A stretch of 64,000 nucleotides of DNA from Lingula anatina (lineage: Eukaryota; Animalia; Brachiopoda), in the NCBI GenBank assembly GCA_051362555.1, contig CM120648.1, positions 8,118,587 through 8,182,586 of the forward strand, written 5' to 3'. This document shows, one piece after another, positions 12,568 through 25,749 of the stretch; within the stretch, counting starts at the first letter, position 1; each line of letters opens with the position of its first letter. The notes beneath the pieces are model-generated. The model was not told the origin of the DNA, made no database searches, and saw only the letters and a program-made list of their open reading frames with translations. Position numbers and translations under genes: made by a program.

Positions 12568-13526
12568 AATTTATACCATGTGTTGTTCTGTTTATCAATA
12601 TATTATTAAATCGCGGCAATAAATATTACATTAAAATACGTAACAAAAGAAGGAAAAAAGCAATCTTTTCTTAAATAAAAAGGTTTGAAAAGGTTATCTT
12701 TTGTATCTGAAAAGTTGCACAAAAGGCATCTGAAAGTTGGACTTTTTAGCAGGAAAAGGTAGAGAAAAGGGGGTCTTTCATATGTCTTTTAGCATGCAAA
12801 AATTTGATGAATGATGAACTTGAGAATACCTTTTCTTCAAGCAAAAGATCGTCTTTTTGCAGCAAAAGGTTTATGAAAGTTAAACTTTTGAGTAGAGAAA
12901 AGGTGAAGAAAAGTGGGCCATTTGTATACCTTTTCACTTATACAAAAGTCATTTAAAAGATCGTCTTTTACACCTTTCCTAAAAAAACGAAAGGTCTAGG
13001 AAAGGTGTGAGAAGGTGAATAAAAGGAGGCCTTTTGATCGCCTTTCAGGATATATAAAAGCTGATTTTTCATGCAGTGAAACAAATGACAAGTCTTTTTT
13101 TTTTCTTCCATAGCTAATACAATGCAACAACAAATTTTAGCAACTGGTTCTGTAAAATAGAGAAAGTACAGATGGCTGGTCTCAAAACACAAACACTCAA
13201 ATGTTTCAAAAATTAACAGAACAAACATTTCTAGATATTTTTATGGCATGTTTTGAAACAGACAGCACTGTGTCTCTTTGAAATCAAGTGATAGTCTGCA
13301 CCAGCATTTTAGTTCTTTTTATGAAAATCTTTTAGCATAGTTCTATGAAATGAAACTGCACAGATTTTTTTTTAGCACTTCTTGAATAAACAATTAGAAT
13401 TCCTTGATTAACAAATCATTTCAGTTTTTTTTCTGTCTAACATTCCTCAATCATTCTGCATAAAAGATACAGTGCAGAGGCACGTACAGAATGTTCCTTT
13501 ACAGCATAACAGGTATTCTTTAAGGA

Positions 13527-14500
13527 TTCTTCTTCTTCTTTCCTGAAATGCCATATACTATGAAATTTCCCACATTCAGCAGTAACTATTCAATGTATAC
13601 AATACAGCAAGATTCCTGGTAATAAACAGTGAACTGCAATCTGGATCAAATTCCTCAAAAACTGGAAATGGCTTTGGAACATGCACATAACTGTCCTGCA
13701 CCACTGATACGAGCTAGGTGACTGGCTGTCATTCCTCCTGCTCCTCTTACAGTTCAGATAATTTATCTGTCATGGATTATTTTATCTGTTGGGGATTATT
13801 CGTAAATATATACGTCTTATATAATTTTTCTTGATCTAACTTTCTCCAGCTTAAGAATCTCTATTTACATCTTATTGATATACTCATGAATGATCCACAT
13901 GTAGAGCAAATACCAATTTTCACACATTTTTTTCAGTTGCCATCAGCTTTTTGATTCACTTGTTTTTACTTCACCTGATTTTAACCTGCTGGTTAAAGAC
14001 CGCCATTACAACACAGACAAACTTTCCTCAGACGCAGCCCTAAAATTTTACAGATTTTCCAACAAATGTCAACTCTAAATGTTTACAGGCCTCCAGTCTT
14101 GTACCTGTTTTGTTTCTTTCAAATTCATGAGCTTTTGCACACAGTATCCAGTGAACTTGACATTAGGCGCTTGTCTGCATTCTATTAACCAAACAGGTAA
14201 GATCACTCCTTGGGCCCCATACAGTAAGGTTTCCTCCAGGTATTTCTCTCAAACCAGAGCTACTTGGTACTTCCAAGAACCAGGCTGTGCTACTCTGTTG
14301 ATCAACATTTTCAGTTGTCACCACATTCTTGAAGAAGTAATTAAACAAATAACAAGTGCCTGGCTTCTCATACTGACACGATCCTCGACTCCCAGAATAA
14401 ACAAATTACTACCACTCTTATCGCTGGGAAAAGTATTCAATTTGGCTTCTTCACAGAAAATCCCATATCCCTATTGGTTTTTTTTTTCTGAACTTCATGT
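13527..14500 (-). mobile_element. Decayed RTE-like LINE 3' fragment
   Basis: Minus-strand remnant LEETLLYGA, resembling the RTE 'VESVLLYG' motif, and a (GAA)n tail at about 13527-13540. Many stops and frameshifts. Confidence 0.45.
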
Positions 14501-16707
14501 GGGAATTATATTTCCATCAGGGAAATCATGAGGCCAGAACAACTGAGAGATTTGCTTGGTATGCTATCTTCACGCCAAATGAGTGGTCCGAGGGCCGCGT
14601 GAAGGCAAAAGCCATAGACAAGGTTGTTAGAAATAATTGTACGTCCCTTGATAAGTAACAATTTACAGTGAGTTACTCAGGGGCATTTCATATTTAATTT
14701 AGATATTATAAATAGCTTGTAAAGAAAAGGATTATTCTGCCTCTAATTAGGCAACATCATTAAATTATCAGTCAACATACATAGACATCCTTTACTTTGC
14801 TAGCATTATTGTACCTTGTATTACTAAATTCTTTCCAGAATGACACCCGATTTCGCCACACAGAACAATTATTGAACATAACAAATAATTTTTGATCTAC
14901 AATTCCATTTCCCTCATTTTCACAATATGTGCAATTTATAATGAGAAATATCCAGCAAGTTTAGGAAAATAAAAAAAAAAATTTGAAAAAGGCTATGCGG
15001 ATTTGTCACTCACTTCAGGGCATCTAGTGTAATAAGCCATAATTACCCAATTATCCAAAGAAAAAAATACTTCACAATAACTCCTACACATAATTTCCCA
15101 ACAGCGAGCAAGAGATTACCATAAAATAGCAGCCTGCCTCTGGTGAACATTTAGCAGTCTCTCACGTGAAAAAAAAGCAGAATTACTTGCTATGACTGCA
15201 GGTTGGAAAAATTGACCTGAAATGATAGTGAATGCCTATACCATACACATCACAAAACTAGTCTCGACTCCTGAGAAGGGTTGTAATTAGTCTGCTGTAT
15301 ACTTTTTTTTTTTTCAGATGTACCAAATGTACCAAACAGGTTGAACAGTTTTTGGGTAGGACAATCATTTGAAAACCTTGACAGATGTGAATAAAAAACT
15401 TATATATTCTAAAGTTAATTTGATTTGGGACCAATCAACTTAAGGGTATATTTAAAAACTTTATGGAATATTTTTAAGATGTCTTTTTTCTTCCCCTATT
15501 TTCCATCATTCTGTCTTTCTGACTCTCTGCAGATAGACCTCATACAACAAACTAAATAACATCCATTATTTCATAGCTTTTTCAACATCATTTTATCTTC
15601 AAAGAATCAATTATGTCCTTAATGCCTTGCTAACACATCTAACCACTTCAATCAAATCAAATTCAGGTTGCTATAAAAAGACACAATCACACTTCACTAA
15701 ATGTACTGCATTTTCACCTCTTTGATGAATTTTTTTCCCTTTTAAAAGAATGGTTTGATCTGGTTAGCATGAAAGCCCAGCATCTGTTGCAAAAGTCGAT
15801 ATGAAAAGGCATGTGTATAATATCAGCCAATTCAGAGTTTCTATGCATTTTCCATATGTATTTGGCTGATGTTACATTTGTCATTTTTTTACTCTTTTTT
15901 CTTTTCTTAATGTGCTGTTCAACATTAGGGGCTAATGCCTAGAGAAACAAAAGACAATAATCAGAATCTCCCCATGATGTTGAGTAGACATATATTTATC
16001 TTACATCATATGTAAACAAATAATAAGACTCTGTAAACTATTTTGCTAGTAGCAAATAAATATTATGGATTCATTCACGTATCTGCTATTAAGGTTGCCT
16101 ACTGCATGCATTAATGCATATTCTACCCATTTTTCAAAATAAATTCCCTTCATTTTCAGGTATTTTTAATAACACGTAAACCAACAGATCTAAGCATTTG
16201 GAGTAATTTTCTGTTGGCAATCCTGATCCAAGATTTTTGAATTAGTAAAAAAAATCAACGTTTCATGTCAGTCACAATTTGCTCTGTGAACTACAAAACA
16301 AACGCCACATGCTACTGTTAAAAGGCACCTAATGATCAATATGGCCAGCTGTTTCTTATAAAAAAAAAAAAAAAACAGATCATAACTTGAACCAGGATGG
16401 ATAAGTCTGCACTGCAGATATCAAGCCATTTCGCACAAAATGAATGCTTCACAATGCAAAAAGGAAAGTGAAAGCCCTCAAATGAGCATTGAATACTATC
16501 ACTGGCTGAAGTTGGTTTAATGGTTGTTTGACATTGAACAAGTATATTCAATAGCTCAAGAGGAAACCCGATTAAATTCATCATGTGCTAACAATGTTAC
16601 ATTTTTTTTTCATTATAAAGATAGTTGCCCTCCTTGGACAAGAATCTGTCAGTGATTTAACCTTTATCATGAAATATTTCTCATTTACTTTTTGATCTTC
16701 CTTCCAC

Positions 16708-16757
<50 letters not shown>

Positions 16758-19672
16758 AATTTATTTTCCTGCCCTTCCTATCCCTTCTACTCTCATAAGC
16801 TCCCAAAACATATCCTATTCTCCGCACCTTGTTTTGAAATCATTTCTCCACAATTACCTCAGAGTAAGTATAAAAACAAGACAGGCATTTTCCTCTCAAG
16901 AACAAGCAGTAAGTGAATATATTTAGCACTTACGCTAAATGTAACATTTAAGAGCAAGTCTGGTGCACTGGAATCTGTCTGAAACACCAAAGATCATTTT
17001 CCACTCAAAAGTGGAAGACCTTTCCATTAAAACGCCTCAGCAGGAATAAACAGGTGCTTGTATACTTGGGGGGAACAGGTTCACCTCAGGGCTAAAAAGT
17101 GGTTGTCTAGTGCCAGGGGTGTTCACACAGGTAAATTATTTGGACCGATATGGTTCCAGAACAGGGTTGCTCTGAATATCATATTCGAAGATCACAGCCC
17201 ATTTTCACTACAGACGTAATAATTGAAATTTGGGATGTACTTAAGTACTGAGAATTTTTTACTGCTTCAATTCGATGAATTCATTCTAGTTCATTGAAAT
17301 AAAAAAGTTTTAGGGCACATTCAGATTCAGACATTGATCCAACTCTGCAGGGATTCACACTAGAGTATAATCAATGTAATCAGCTTAATTGTCTGACAGC
17401 GTGTCAATCTCTACAAGTCAAGGGATAATTAAGCTGAGCTCACAAAAAAATAAATAAATAAATAAATAAATAACTCCCTAGCCTCTTAATTCTGACTTAG
17501 TCCAGATGGATTTTATGAAACCTGCTCTGCTTACCCTGTGTAGAATAGCTAAATGGAGTTACCAGTTCTTGGTCAAATTTTACCAATTTTTCAAACCCTG
17601 GGGTACATGGAGCCAATGTCAGGCCTGACTCTTAAACTCAACACAAGGAAAATAGCAATGACTGGTCTAGGGTTTTATGTAGGAGAGAGTATTTTGATTT
17701 TTATAGCCCCCCTCTCAAAGTGTTATAATTTTGGTCATTATCCAAAGCCTTTATAGGTACATGTATGTTGTTCCCAGTTTCCTCTATCAACAGACAAGGA
17801 CTGAATCTACCTTTTCTTTTTTTTTTTTTTTTTTTTTTTTGGGGGGGGGGGGGGGGGGGCAGAGCCCCTTCCCCCCCTCCCCCAAATATATAGGTCCATC
17901 ACAACTTATCCTGGATTTCCATGACACATTGTGCAATCTGAAGAATGGTAATAATCATGAATAATCTTGACAAAGATCTCTATGAAATAATCCTTGAAGG
18001 AAGATTATCATAGAACATAGAAAAAAACAGATAATGTATAAAAAAGATAACAAATATCCCCCAATTTTGTCTAGAAAATCTATGTTATAATGCCCATAAC
18101 ATGCACGCAAAGTTGAATGTCTTTGCACATTGCTGAATTGAGTTTTGCTTATCCATTTTATCTTACCTTTTCCATTTACAATCTCCATTTCTATCTTCCA
18201 TCAAACAAATAATGCAATTATCTTCCATTAATTTCTCCATAATAGCAGCATGTGTCTGCTGATTTATAACAATAGTCTTTTCCTTCTCTCTCCTATCAAT
18301 TCTCAATGATTTCTTTTACCACAAACCCTTTCCACTTTGAACCGAGTATTCACACAAGTCAGCATTAAATGGGATTACATGTCTAAACATTTCAAGCCAA
18401 ATATTTCTCAGCTTTGCTCGAGCATGTGGCTATCACATATGAGACTCTCAATGTGCTCAAATGATGAAAAAATCAATGGGGTTTTTGAGGCATTATGTTC
18501 ATAACTGGCTACTTCTGTCATTGATAACCTCTGTTCATGTGAGCAGGATGTTTAGTTTGCTGTTCTGAGATAAGACAAATTTTATTTCACTTGGTTCTAG
18601 TTATAAGATAAACCATGACAGTGTTGTAGATAGCATTGGTCACGTAATACCAACGGCAAAGGAAAATGATTTTAGATAAAAATTCAATATAATTTTGTTG
18701 CTAATATAGTTGGATCCTTCTAAGAAAAAGCTTAGCATACTGATAAAAACAAAAAAACATTGCTGCAGGAATTTAAAAAAATAGAAAAACACAAGAATTA
18801 TAAAATATTTAGATATAAGAGGCAGCTGTAAGGGAAGGGATCAGGGGAAGGGGAAATTGTGATTATTGAGACATGAGTTCACATCCTGACACAATCACAA
18901 TTCCAGGCAATTCTCAACTGATGCAATAATCAATTGCAAGTTTTTGTTAATTTTATTACTCAGTTGTCACTTCAGCAGGAATCCATCTCATTATTTACCA
19001 AACTCTTTTCACAATAAGTGTCATTCGGCTGCATTATGGCATAGCTCAAACTACTAATGGAGCAGCTAAAATTCTCTCATTGTGAAGGAGCCTATATTGT
19101 CTACGCATGCAAAATAAACCACATCCTGGTTGCAGGTCAGGTATGAAAATCAACATTTCAAAAATGAAACATTGGAAATGTCATTTCATCGATTACAGAG
19201 ATAGGCCTATGTCTACATAAAAAAAATTATATATATACATATACAGAAGAACACATTTACTTTATGAAAAACAACATTTTCTTATTTGTTCTGGAAAAAA
19301 TGATAAAATCATTATGTCAATGACAGCTATGGGATATGGAGAAAAATGACAATGCACAATAAGCATACCAAAAAAATTCATTATGTACATATATGATATA
19401 ACACATAAACACATATATAGGGGCCTATATGTACAGTAGAAAATCTGAGTCCTGGTCAAATCAACAAGACAAAAATTGCAGCAAGTTGGTAAAAGCATGA
19501 CAGGGATTAAAACTACACTCAGGGATGACACTGCCATTTAGTGCAAAATTCGTAAAATATGGCCACCTAGGCCAATGTTATTTTTGTTTCCAAATAGTCA
19601 CAAATCTGCCAATAGTCAGAAAAATCTCATCCCTGTACAAGATAAGAAAAAATTCTACAATAGGCTCTTTAA

Positions 19673-19859
19673 GAACGCATTCAGATCAGTGGACTAACAG
19701 ATCCACAGATCAAATATGGTGACCCACTAAAAAACTTGCCACTTAATTCCTACTTAGGCACTGCTTAAGATTCCCCCGTTGGGATTACACAACAAGCATT
19801 CAAGTGGGTCAACCATATCTGATCCACGGATCTGTTAGTCTGCTGTTCTGAGTGCGCTT
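19673..19859. mobile_element. MITE family B, copy 2
   Basis: TAA TSD. About 55-bp TIR GAACGCATTCAGATCAGTGGACTAACAGATCC...GGATCTGTTAGTCTGCTGTTCTGAGTGCGCTT. Confidence 0.85.
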
Positions 19860-19878
19860 TAAAAATGACTGCACTTAC

Positions 19879-20152
19879 TCCATGCACTTGAAACACATGG
19901 TGTGGTATATGAACCTCTGAACGGACACCCTGTCCTCTCCAACGGCGAACCCGCATGCCTGGCAACGGTCACCGGGGACTCTCGGAGAGTACGGCCAGCT
20001 CTGGCGACTTCCTACGAGATTCATACTGTCGCTCTCCTTGACAGTCTCCGCAATCTCAGAGTACACCTGACTTGCACTGTCTGAACTGACATTCAATTCG
20101 TCAATGCTGGCGTAGATGTCTTCTTCATCGCAGTCAGCATCGTAACTTTCAT
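19879..20152 (-). CDS. Internal coding exon of a LIM-domain protein (acidic Tyr motifs plus N-terminal part of a LIM zinc finger)
   Basis: Acceptor ttttttctctattctag at 20153 and donor GTAAGT at 19878. 274 bp, phase 1 in, phase 2 out. Translates (D)ESYDADCDEEDIYASIDE...VYSEI...RCQACGFAVGEDRVSVQRFIYHTMCFKCME, i.e. C-x2-C-x16-H-x2-C-x2-C, the LIM consensus, interrupted by the intron. GC/CpG content is higher than the flanks. Confidence 0.9.
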
Positions 20153-21038
20153 CTAGAATAGAGAAAAAAGCAAACTGTTGAAGTGGAATATAATAACTTT
20201 GTTTAATGAATGCAATTAACCACTGTACCATATTGTATTTGTATGTGTGCATGCATGCGCAAGTGCATATGTGTGCACTAATAGGTATATGCACCTACAC
20301 AAATATCATTTCTTTCAGTCATAAATAATCATAACTTCACAAACATTTCAGTTAATCACCCACTCCGTCATTCAGACACCATAACTCTACAATTTAAAAT
20401 GAGCTCTAGCAATTTTTATCTGAAATTAACAGGTGTCCTGGCCAGATCAAAACTTTTCAATCATTCTGGATATAATCCCATTGCAATTAGACTGATTCTT
20501 AGTCTATTTACACATTACTTAACCCCAGCAGCGGACAAAACTACTGCAAAATATGCATTGCTCTATATTGTTTGTGCTAATAATTTTTGTCAATTTTTGT
20601 TTCATGGGGGCTTGGTGCTAGGCTGTGGTAAAGCCCTGAGGGATAGTAGTGGTCAATACTTATAATGGACATTGGGATCAAGGAGGAAGCAGGACCTAGA
20701 CTACCTTAGGTCAATACAGAGGCGTCAAATACATTAAGGGTCCAGACAGGGTGGACCCCTTATATTGTAGCTTTTAAACATATTCTGTGCATCTTTAAAA
20801 TGAAATTAAAAATTTAATCCATAAGACAGCATTGTACAGTCAAGGATATGGCTCTCATACTTGATAAAAAATTGCTAAATGATGTAGATAATTAATCATT
20901 TTGATTTTGGAACCAGAGCTACCAATGGACAGCCCAAGGAGATAATCAATGGTTATTTGAATATCCACTATTTTGACCAACCTAGTCTGAAACTGATGTT
21001 AATGCTCAAAACTGTTTATTGGCTTGGTATTTGAATAC

Positions 21039-21040
21039 AA

Positions 21041-21095
<55 letters not shown>

Positions 21096-21097
21096 AT
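21039..21097. repeat. (TAAA)n microsatellite
   Basis: Direct reading. Also (TTA)n at 24473-24515, (TG)n at 42063-42096 and 52247-52271, and an A-run at 39136-39165. Confidence 0.99.
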
Positions 21098-22576
21098 ATT
21101 TGACAAAAGCTGGAAAATTTTTCTTCATTGTACATAAGCTTGCAGCCAACTTGGTTGAAAGTCCAACCAAGGGGGGGGGGGGGGGAGGGGTCTTGATCTA
21201 TCTTACATTTACAATTAAATAGGGTCCTGGTTGCTATACCACCTAGCATTCAGTTAGTAAGGGAGTAACAACATCTACTCCTGTCAGTCTGATGAGGGCC
21301 AACAACCAAGTTTGCTTCAAGCTAACCAATGTAAAATGAAGAACATGTAGAATGAGCCAAATTTCCCAATTTGTGTCAAGTAGTTATTTTTGTATGAGGG
21401 TAATATCATGCAATATCAGAATTAATACCAAGGGCTGCAATTTCCAAACTTTGAAAAAAAAAAGACAATTAACAAACTATAAATTTTCAACTCAATGTTC
21501 ATTAACAAAGTTATCTGTATTATCAGAAAATTTCCATAATTTCACTGGCTATCAAATCTTGTCAGTTTTTATAGTATTTTCTTCAGCCAAGCTATACCAG
21601 TTACAAATTTCCAACTCAGTTTTGGGGCTTAGTTCTCTGAGTGTATAAAACCAAGACCAAAAAGGGAATGAAATAAGTGCTGCACTGCTTTCAAAAAACC
21701 ATCACTTTGAAAAACAAGTAAAGATTAAAAATACAAATACAAAAGCTATATAAAACACTTAATCAAAAAGGTTTCAAGTGCAATCGATCTCATTTCTTTT
21801 ACACACACACAATTCCTAGAGAATAAATTCTCCCATGTGGCCGAAAGCTCTTCTTCAAAGAAAGGGCTACAGCTAACAACCATCAGAGTTGTTATACAAA
21901 ACTAAAAGCATCCAAGAAAGAAGAGACAGCCTGCTAAGAAAATAACACCACTCTATAACAATAAAACTACCTCTCAATTTCCTGAATTTCCCTGGGACCT
22001 CCAAGGAATTGCGATACTCAATTTGATACTGTTTCTTCATCTCCAGGGAAAGCTTGTATTTCTTTCTAATCAGTTTAGCCCACAAGTTCATATCCGATGA
22101 AGACAAGTGTAGGTCTAATTTACACTGGCTTCGCTCACCAACTGAAAACAACATCCTTTTCGTCCAACTTGTGGTTGCTTTTTTTTTCTTTTCGCTTTTC
22201 TTATCTCACGCCAAAATACAGGCCTTTTTATCAAGGACACAAAAGGAAAAGCCTGTAAAACTGATACACATTGGCTTGAAATCTACCCAACCTAAATTAC
22301 GATTAAGGAAGTCTGCCTAAAATGCTCACTTTATATTTTCATAGTTATTCAAGAGGTTTACAAATGTTAAGAATAACAAAGTAGATGATTGCTCGATTCT
22401 CAAACACACGTGCATGATGCACATGCACATCTACCACAAAGGCATGCACATTCACAGTACACATTGTGTATAAATACACTATAAACTGATAGTTAACACC
22501 TGAAAACAATGCCAATCGATAATGATAAAATGTAGAATAGGCATAGGTCACCAATGTCTTAATTATGTCTCTCTTA

Positions 22577-22748
22577 GAGCTCATTCTCAAGGAATGTATT
22601 GAGAAAAATAAAGAAAAGCTGGTGATTATATGAGTACGGTGGAAACAAGAGAAAGCATGTTAATCTGATAATCTGATTGCATTGAGCAAGAGTCTCTAAT
22701 GAGTTGGATCAATCTACGTAGAAAGAAAATTTCAACGGGAATGAGCCC
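22577..22748. mobile_element. Diverged Harbinger-type MITE
   Basis: TTA TSD. TIR GAGCTCATTCTC...GGGAATGAGCCC. Termini resemble 57478-57731. Confidence 0.6.
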
Positions 22749-22949
22749 TTATACTAAATAATGTAATTTGTACTCTCCTCAAAAAAAATCATTCATCTTC
22801 TAGCTCATAACTATTATTTTTGTAGTGAATACATTTTTGTGGCCTTTTCATTGTAATATAATATAATTGATACATTACACATTATTAAAAAATATATCTA
22901 CATTTCCTCTAACAAAAGTACAAAAGATTAGCGAGTTAGAATGCTGTAC

Positions 22950-23440
22950 AAAGCATTGCCCAACCTGCTCTGATATGCAACCTTTGAGAGTATAGTTCCC
23001 AATACATTATTGCCTACAATGTATATGTCAAGGCCAGACGCACTTAAAAACAACCCAGAGGAAAACTAAGCATCAAACAATTTGATGTCATTATCTAGAA
23101 TATGCTTCTGGCACAGTTGATGTGATACAGAGATAATAGGATATATCAGATGTAATTTCAAATAGAAATATCTTGCTTCTGGGATGATCTTCTACAGGAA
23201 ATTTAATCTTTATATACTTTTATTTCTTCGTGATAACATTTTCATCAACACCTATTGGCAGACCACTTGGAGGAAAGGCTACCAGAGGCAGACCAAAAGT
23301 AACTTTCTCTGGTACCATCATGAATGATACTGGTATGAAAACAAATGAGATCCTTTCAATAATGAGAGAGAAACAACAATGGTCTAAACATATTGCTGCT
23401 GCTGCCATTCTGTCCATGGGTGAAGGATAATGATGATGAA
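22950..23440 (+). mobile_element. Decayed RTE-clade LINE 3' end
   Basis: GGKATRGRPKVTFSGTIMNDTGMKTNEILSIMREKQQW matches the RTE C-terminal pattern RGRP..T(Y/F).....DTG.......M.DR..W. Followed by a short (TGA)n tail. Confidence 0.7.
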
Positions 23441-24470
23441 TAGCAGATTGGGTGGGTTGGGGGAGAGCAATAGACAAATGCTTTCCCCTAAATAGGTTAA
23501 TTCAAAGGTACCCCCCTCTCCATTCTTTTCTCTCCAATATTAATAATTAACAGTCAAAATAAGGCAAAACAGCAATTTTTCAAATCCTTAATTGTGCCCA
23601 ACATAGTAAAACAACCATGTGTACAGCTTTTTTGCCTTGGTTTCCTAAGATATTTTATAAAGCCATTCACCCCTGCTCCCTCCCTCTATAGCAAAAATCC
23701 TGCATTTCCTTGTGATCTGTTGAAGACACCAAGTTGATGACAATCCCATTATCTTATTAGTAGAATTCCTACAGGGATATGAGTGTAATTAAGTTCATGT
23801 GGATTGACAGCAACTCGGCAGAAGATTTTTAGAGGGGGCCTATCGCGTGATCACGGCCCACATATTCTATGCATATGGGACATATTTGCTAATTATGAAT
23901 CTTTATTGGCTGGCAAGACTGCAGTCCATGTCTCCAGATGCCAATGACAGCAATTTGCAACAATTCATAAGATTATTTACATTGTATTGGAAAGTTTATA
24001 TGTCTGGCAGCTGCCTTGTTAGGGCATTGGCGCCATATTTTTTACCAAACCAATAAAAAATAGCTGTAGCATTAGATTGTCTAGCATTAACATGGAGTAA
24101 GTAATTATTGATAGTGCTACAAATCTATAAATGACACCATGCAGGATGCCCCATACTTCAAACATTCTCTCTTTACAATTCATTGACCTCTATTTATTTG
24201 ATGATTTTGAAGGAGTATATAGTACTAGTAGAGTACAGTACAGAAGAGTAGAACAGAGCATATATAGTGGAAAGATTTGAATGTTGTACAGTGGACTTTG
24301 AAAGAGTAGATCACGGCTTTTAGAGTAAAGTAGAGTGCAAAAGAGCATTACAGTAGAAAGCAAAGTAGTTCATAGTTTACAGTAGAGCCCATGCAGCAGA
24401 GTGCAGTAGAGCAAGCTGTTAGGGTCAGTTTCCCAAAAGAGCTTAAGACCAAGAGTTTCACTTATAATCA

Positions 24471-24516
<46 letters not shown>

Positions 24517-25503
24517 GTCACAATGGCCATCTGGTAAGACAGTTTTGACCTAAAACGGTTTGCATCATCTCGTGTGAGCACGCCCACAGGTCTGTCTATT
24601 ATCAAAAACACCACATGCCGTATGGTGTGACAACGTCAAAGATGTTCACACTTGATATCTCAAAATACACACACTGCATCAGAATTCTGTCTGGCTTTTG
24701 CCAATTTTCTGTTCTTTTTTATGATATTTTTTCCTGTGGTGTAATTATTTGCTTTGATGCCCTTAATTGTTTCACAGACCAAGTCATCCATATCACTGAC
24801 ATGTGACAATGAAGTTCCAATGCACGTAGATCTAGGATTTCGCTTTACTATTGGGGCCAATGAAGAGTGTATAAAGTAGAGGATTAGAAAGAGAAACGCA
24901 AAAATTGATTTTTTTAAAGCTACACTAGCTTAAATGGGAGAGGGGGGTAAAGCTTTTAATTTTTTACTGCCAGCTACTTTGTATTTGTCAGAATCTCCAG
25001 CCAAATAATTTGTGCTAAACATAGTATTTTCCCTATGCCTTGGCATCAGTCATGGTAACCTTTAAGATAGTATAATCACCACCCAAATGCCTCTATGTGG
25101 GTGCTTGTTTATTTCTGTCTCAGTGCATGTCATTAAAATCCATGCATGTACATGAAGTAAGTAATCATTTACCATCATTCCAATATGTGCAATAAGTTCA
25201 AAGACTGGTATGCCACTGAAAATAATACTAGTCAAATTTCTGCACTGCATCTGAAATCTATTTCTTAACCTAAAAGCCCATTCAGAATAATCGTATCTCT
25301 GTCACTGACAATTTGGACATGGTATATACCATGGTGATGAGGGGAAAATGAGAATATTATTATTATTATTATCTTATTGTTTTTTATTATTATATTATCA
25401 TTTTGCTATATAAAGATGTCATGGGCACCCTGTGCCTTTTCAAAACAAATCTATCAACTCAGCTTCCCAGCATTGTACACACAATCACATAATATTCATG
25501 TAC

Positions 25504-25660
25504 CTTTCAATCTAACCTCTTCCGTTGCTTCACCTCTGACCTTGGCTTCCTTACGGACCTCATCGTCACTCGCCCAGTTCCAGAGGCCCGTGGGACAAAA
25601 ACACCACAGTGACTGGAGCAGCTCCCAGACGGCCATTTCTCCGATGAGCTGATCCATCAT
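25504..25660 (-). CDS. Candidate alternative first coding exon (isoform B): MMDQLIGEMAVWELLQSLWCFCPTGLWNWASDDEVRKEAKVRGEATEEVRLK
   Basis: GC-rich island, open from ATG 25660 to donor AAG|GTACAT at 25503. 52 codons plus 1 nt gives phase 1, in frame with the LIM exon acceptor. Not in the supplied ORF track. Confidence 0.65.
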
Positions 25661-25749
25661 CAGTGTCAGATGTGTTGTTTATTTACATAGATTTTTTTCT
25701 ATTATCTAATGATGAATGGTCCAATCAATAATCCAATCACTATTCTCCT

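Larger units (their letters stand above)
7792..13078. mobile_element. CACTA/EnSpm (CMC)-like DNA transposon, non-autonomous, about 5.3 kb
   Basis: 14-bp perfect TIR CACTGCATGAAAAA at 7792 and TTTTTCATGCAGTG ending at 13078. Flanked by AAA on both sides (2-3 bp TSD). Many short subterminal repeats (ACCTTT/TCTTT on the left, AAAAGGT/AAAAGA on the right), as typical of CACTA elements. Confidence 0.85.

Noticed and set aside
14079-14531. 150-aa plus-strand ORF
   Set aside because: It is antisense to a decayed LINE fragment and has no recognisable domain.
16934-16978. Possible 45-bp minus-strand exon (tttcag...GTAAGT)
   Set aside because: It has a stop in the phase required after the LIM exon and does not supply the missing Cys residues. 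Not supportable without transcripts.
19879-20152. Assigning a gene symbol (LASP, RASSF, MICAL, paxillin/zyxin family)
   Set aside because: The partial LIM sequence does not match any of these closely enough from memory, and the remaining domains are outside the window.
20153-20294. N-terminal extension of ORF 19875-20294
   Set aside because: It lies upstream of a clear polypyrimidine/AG acceptor, so it is intronic read-through.
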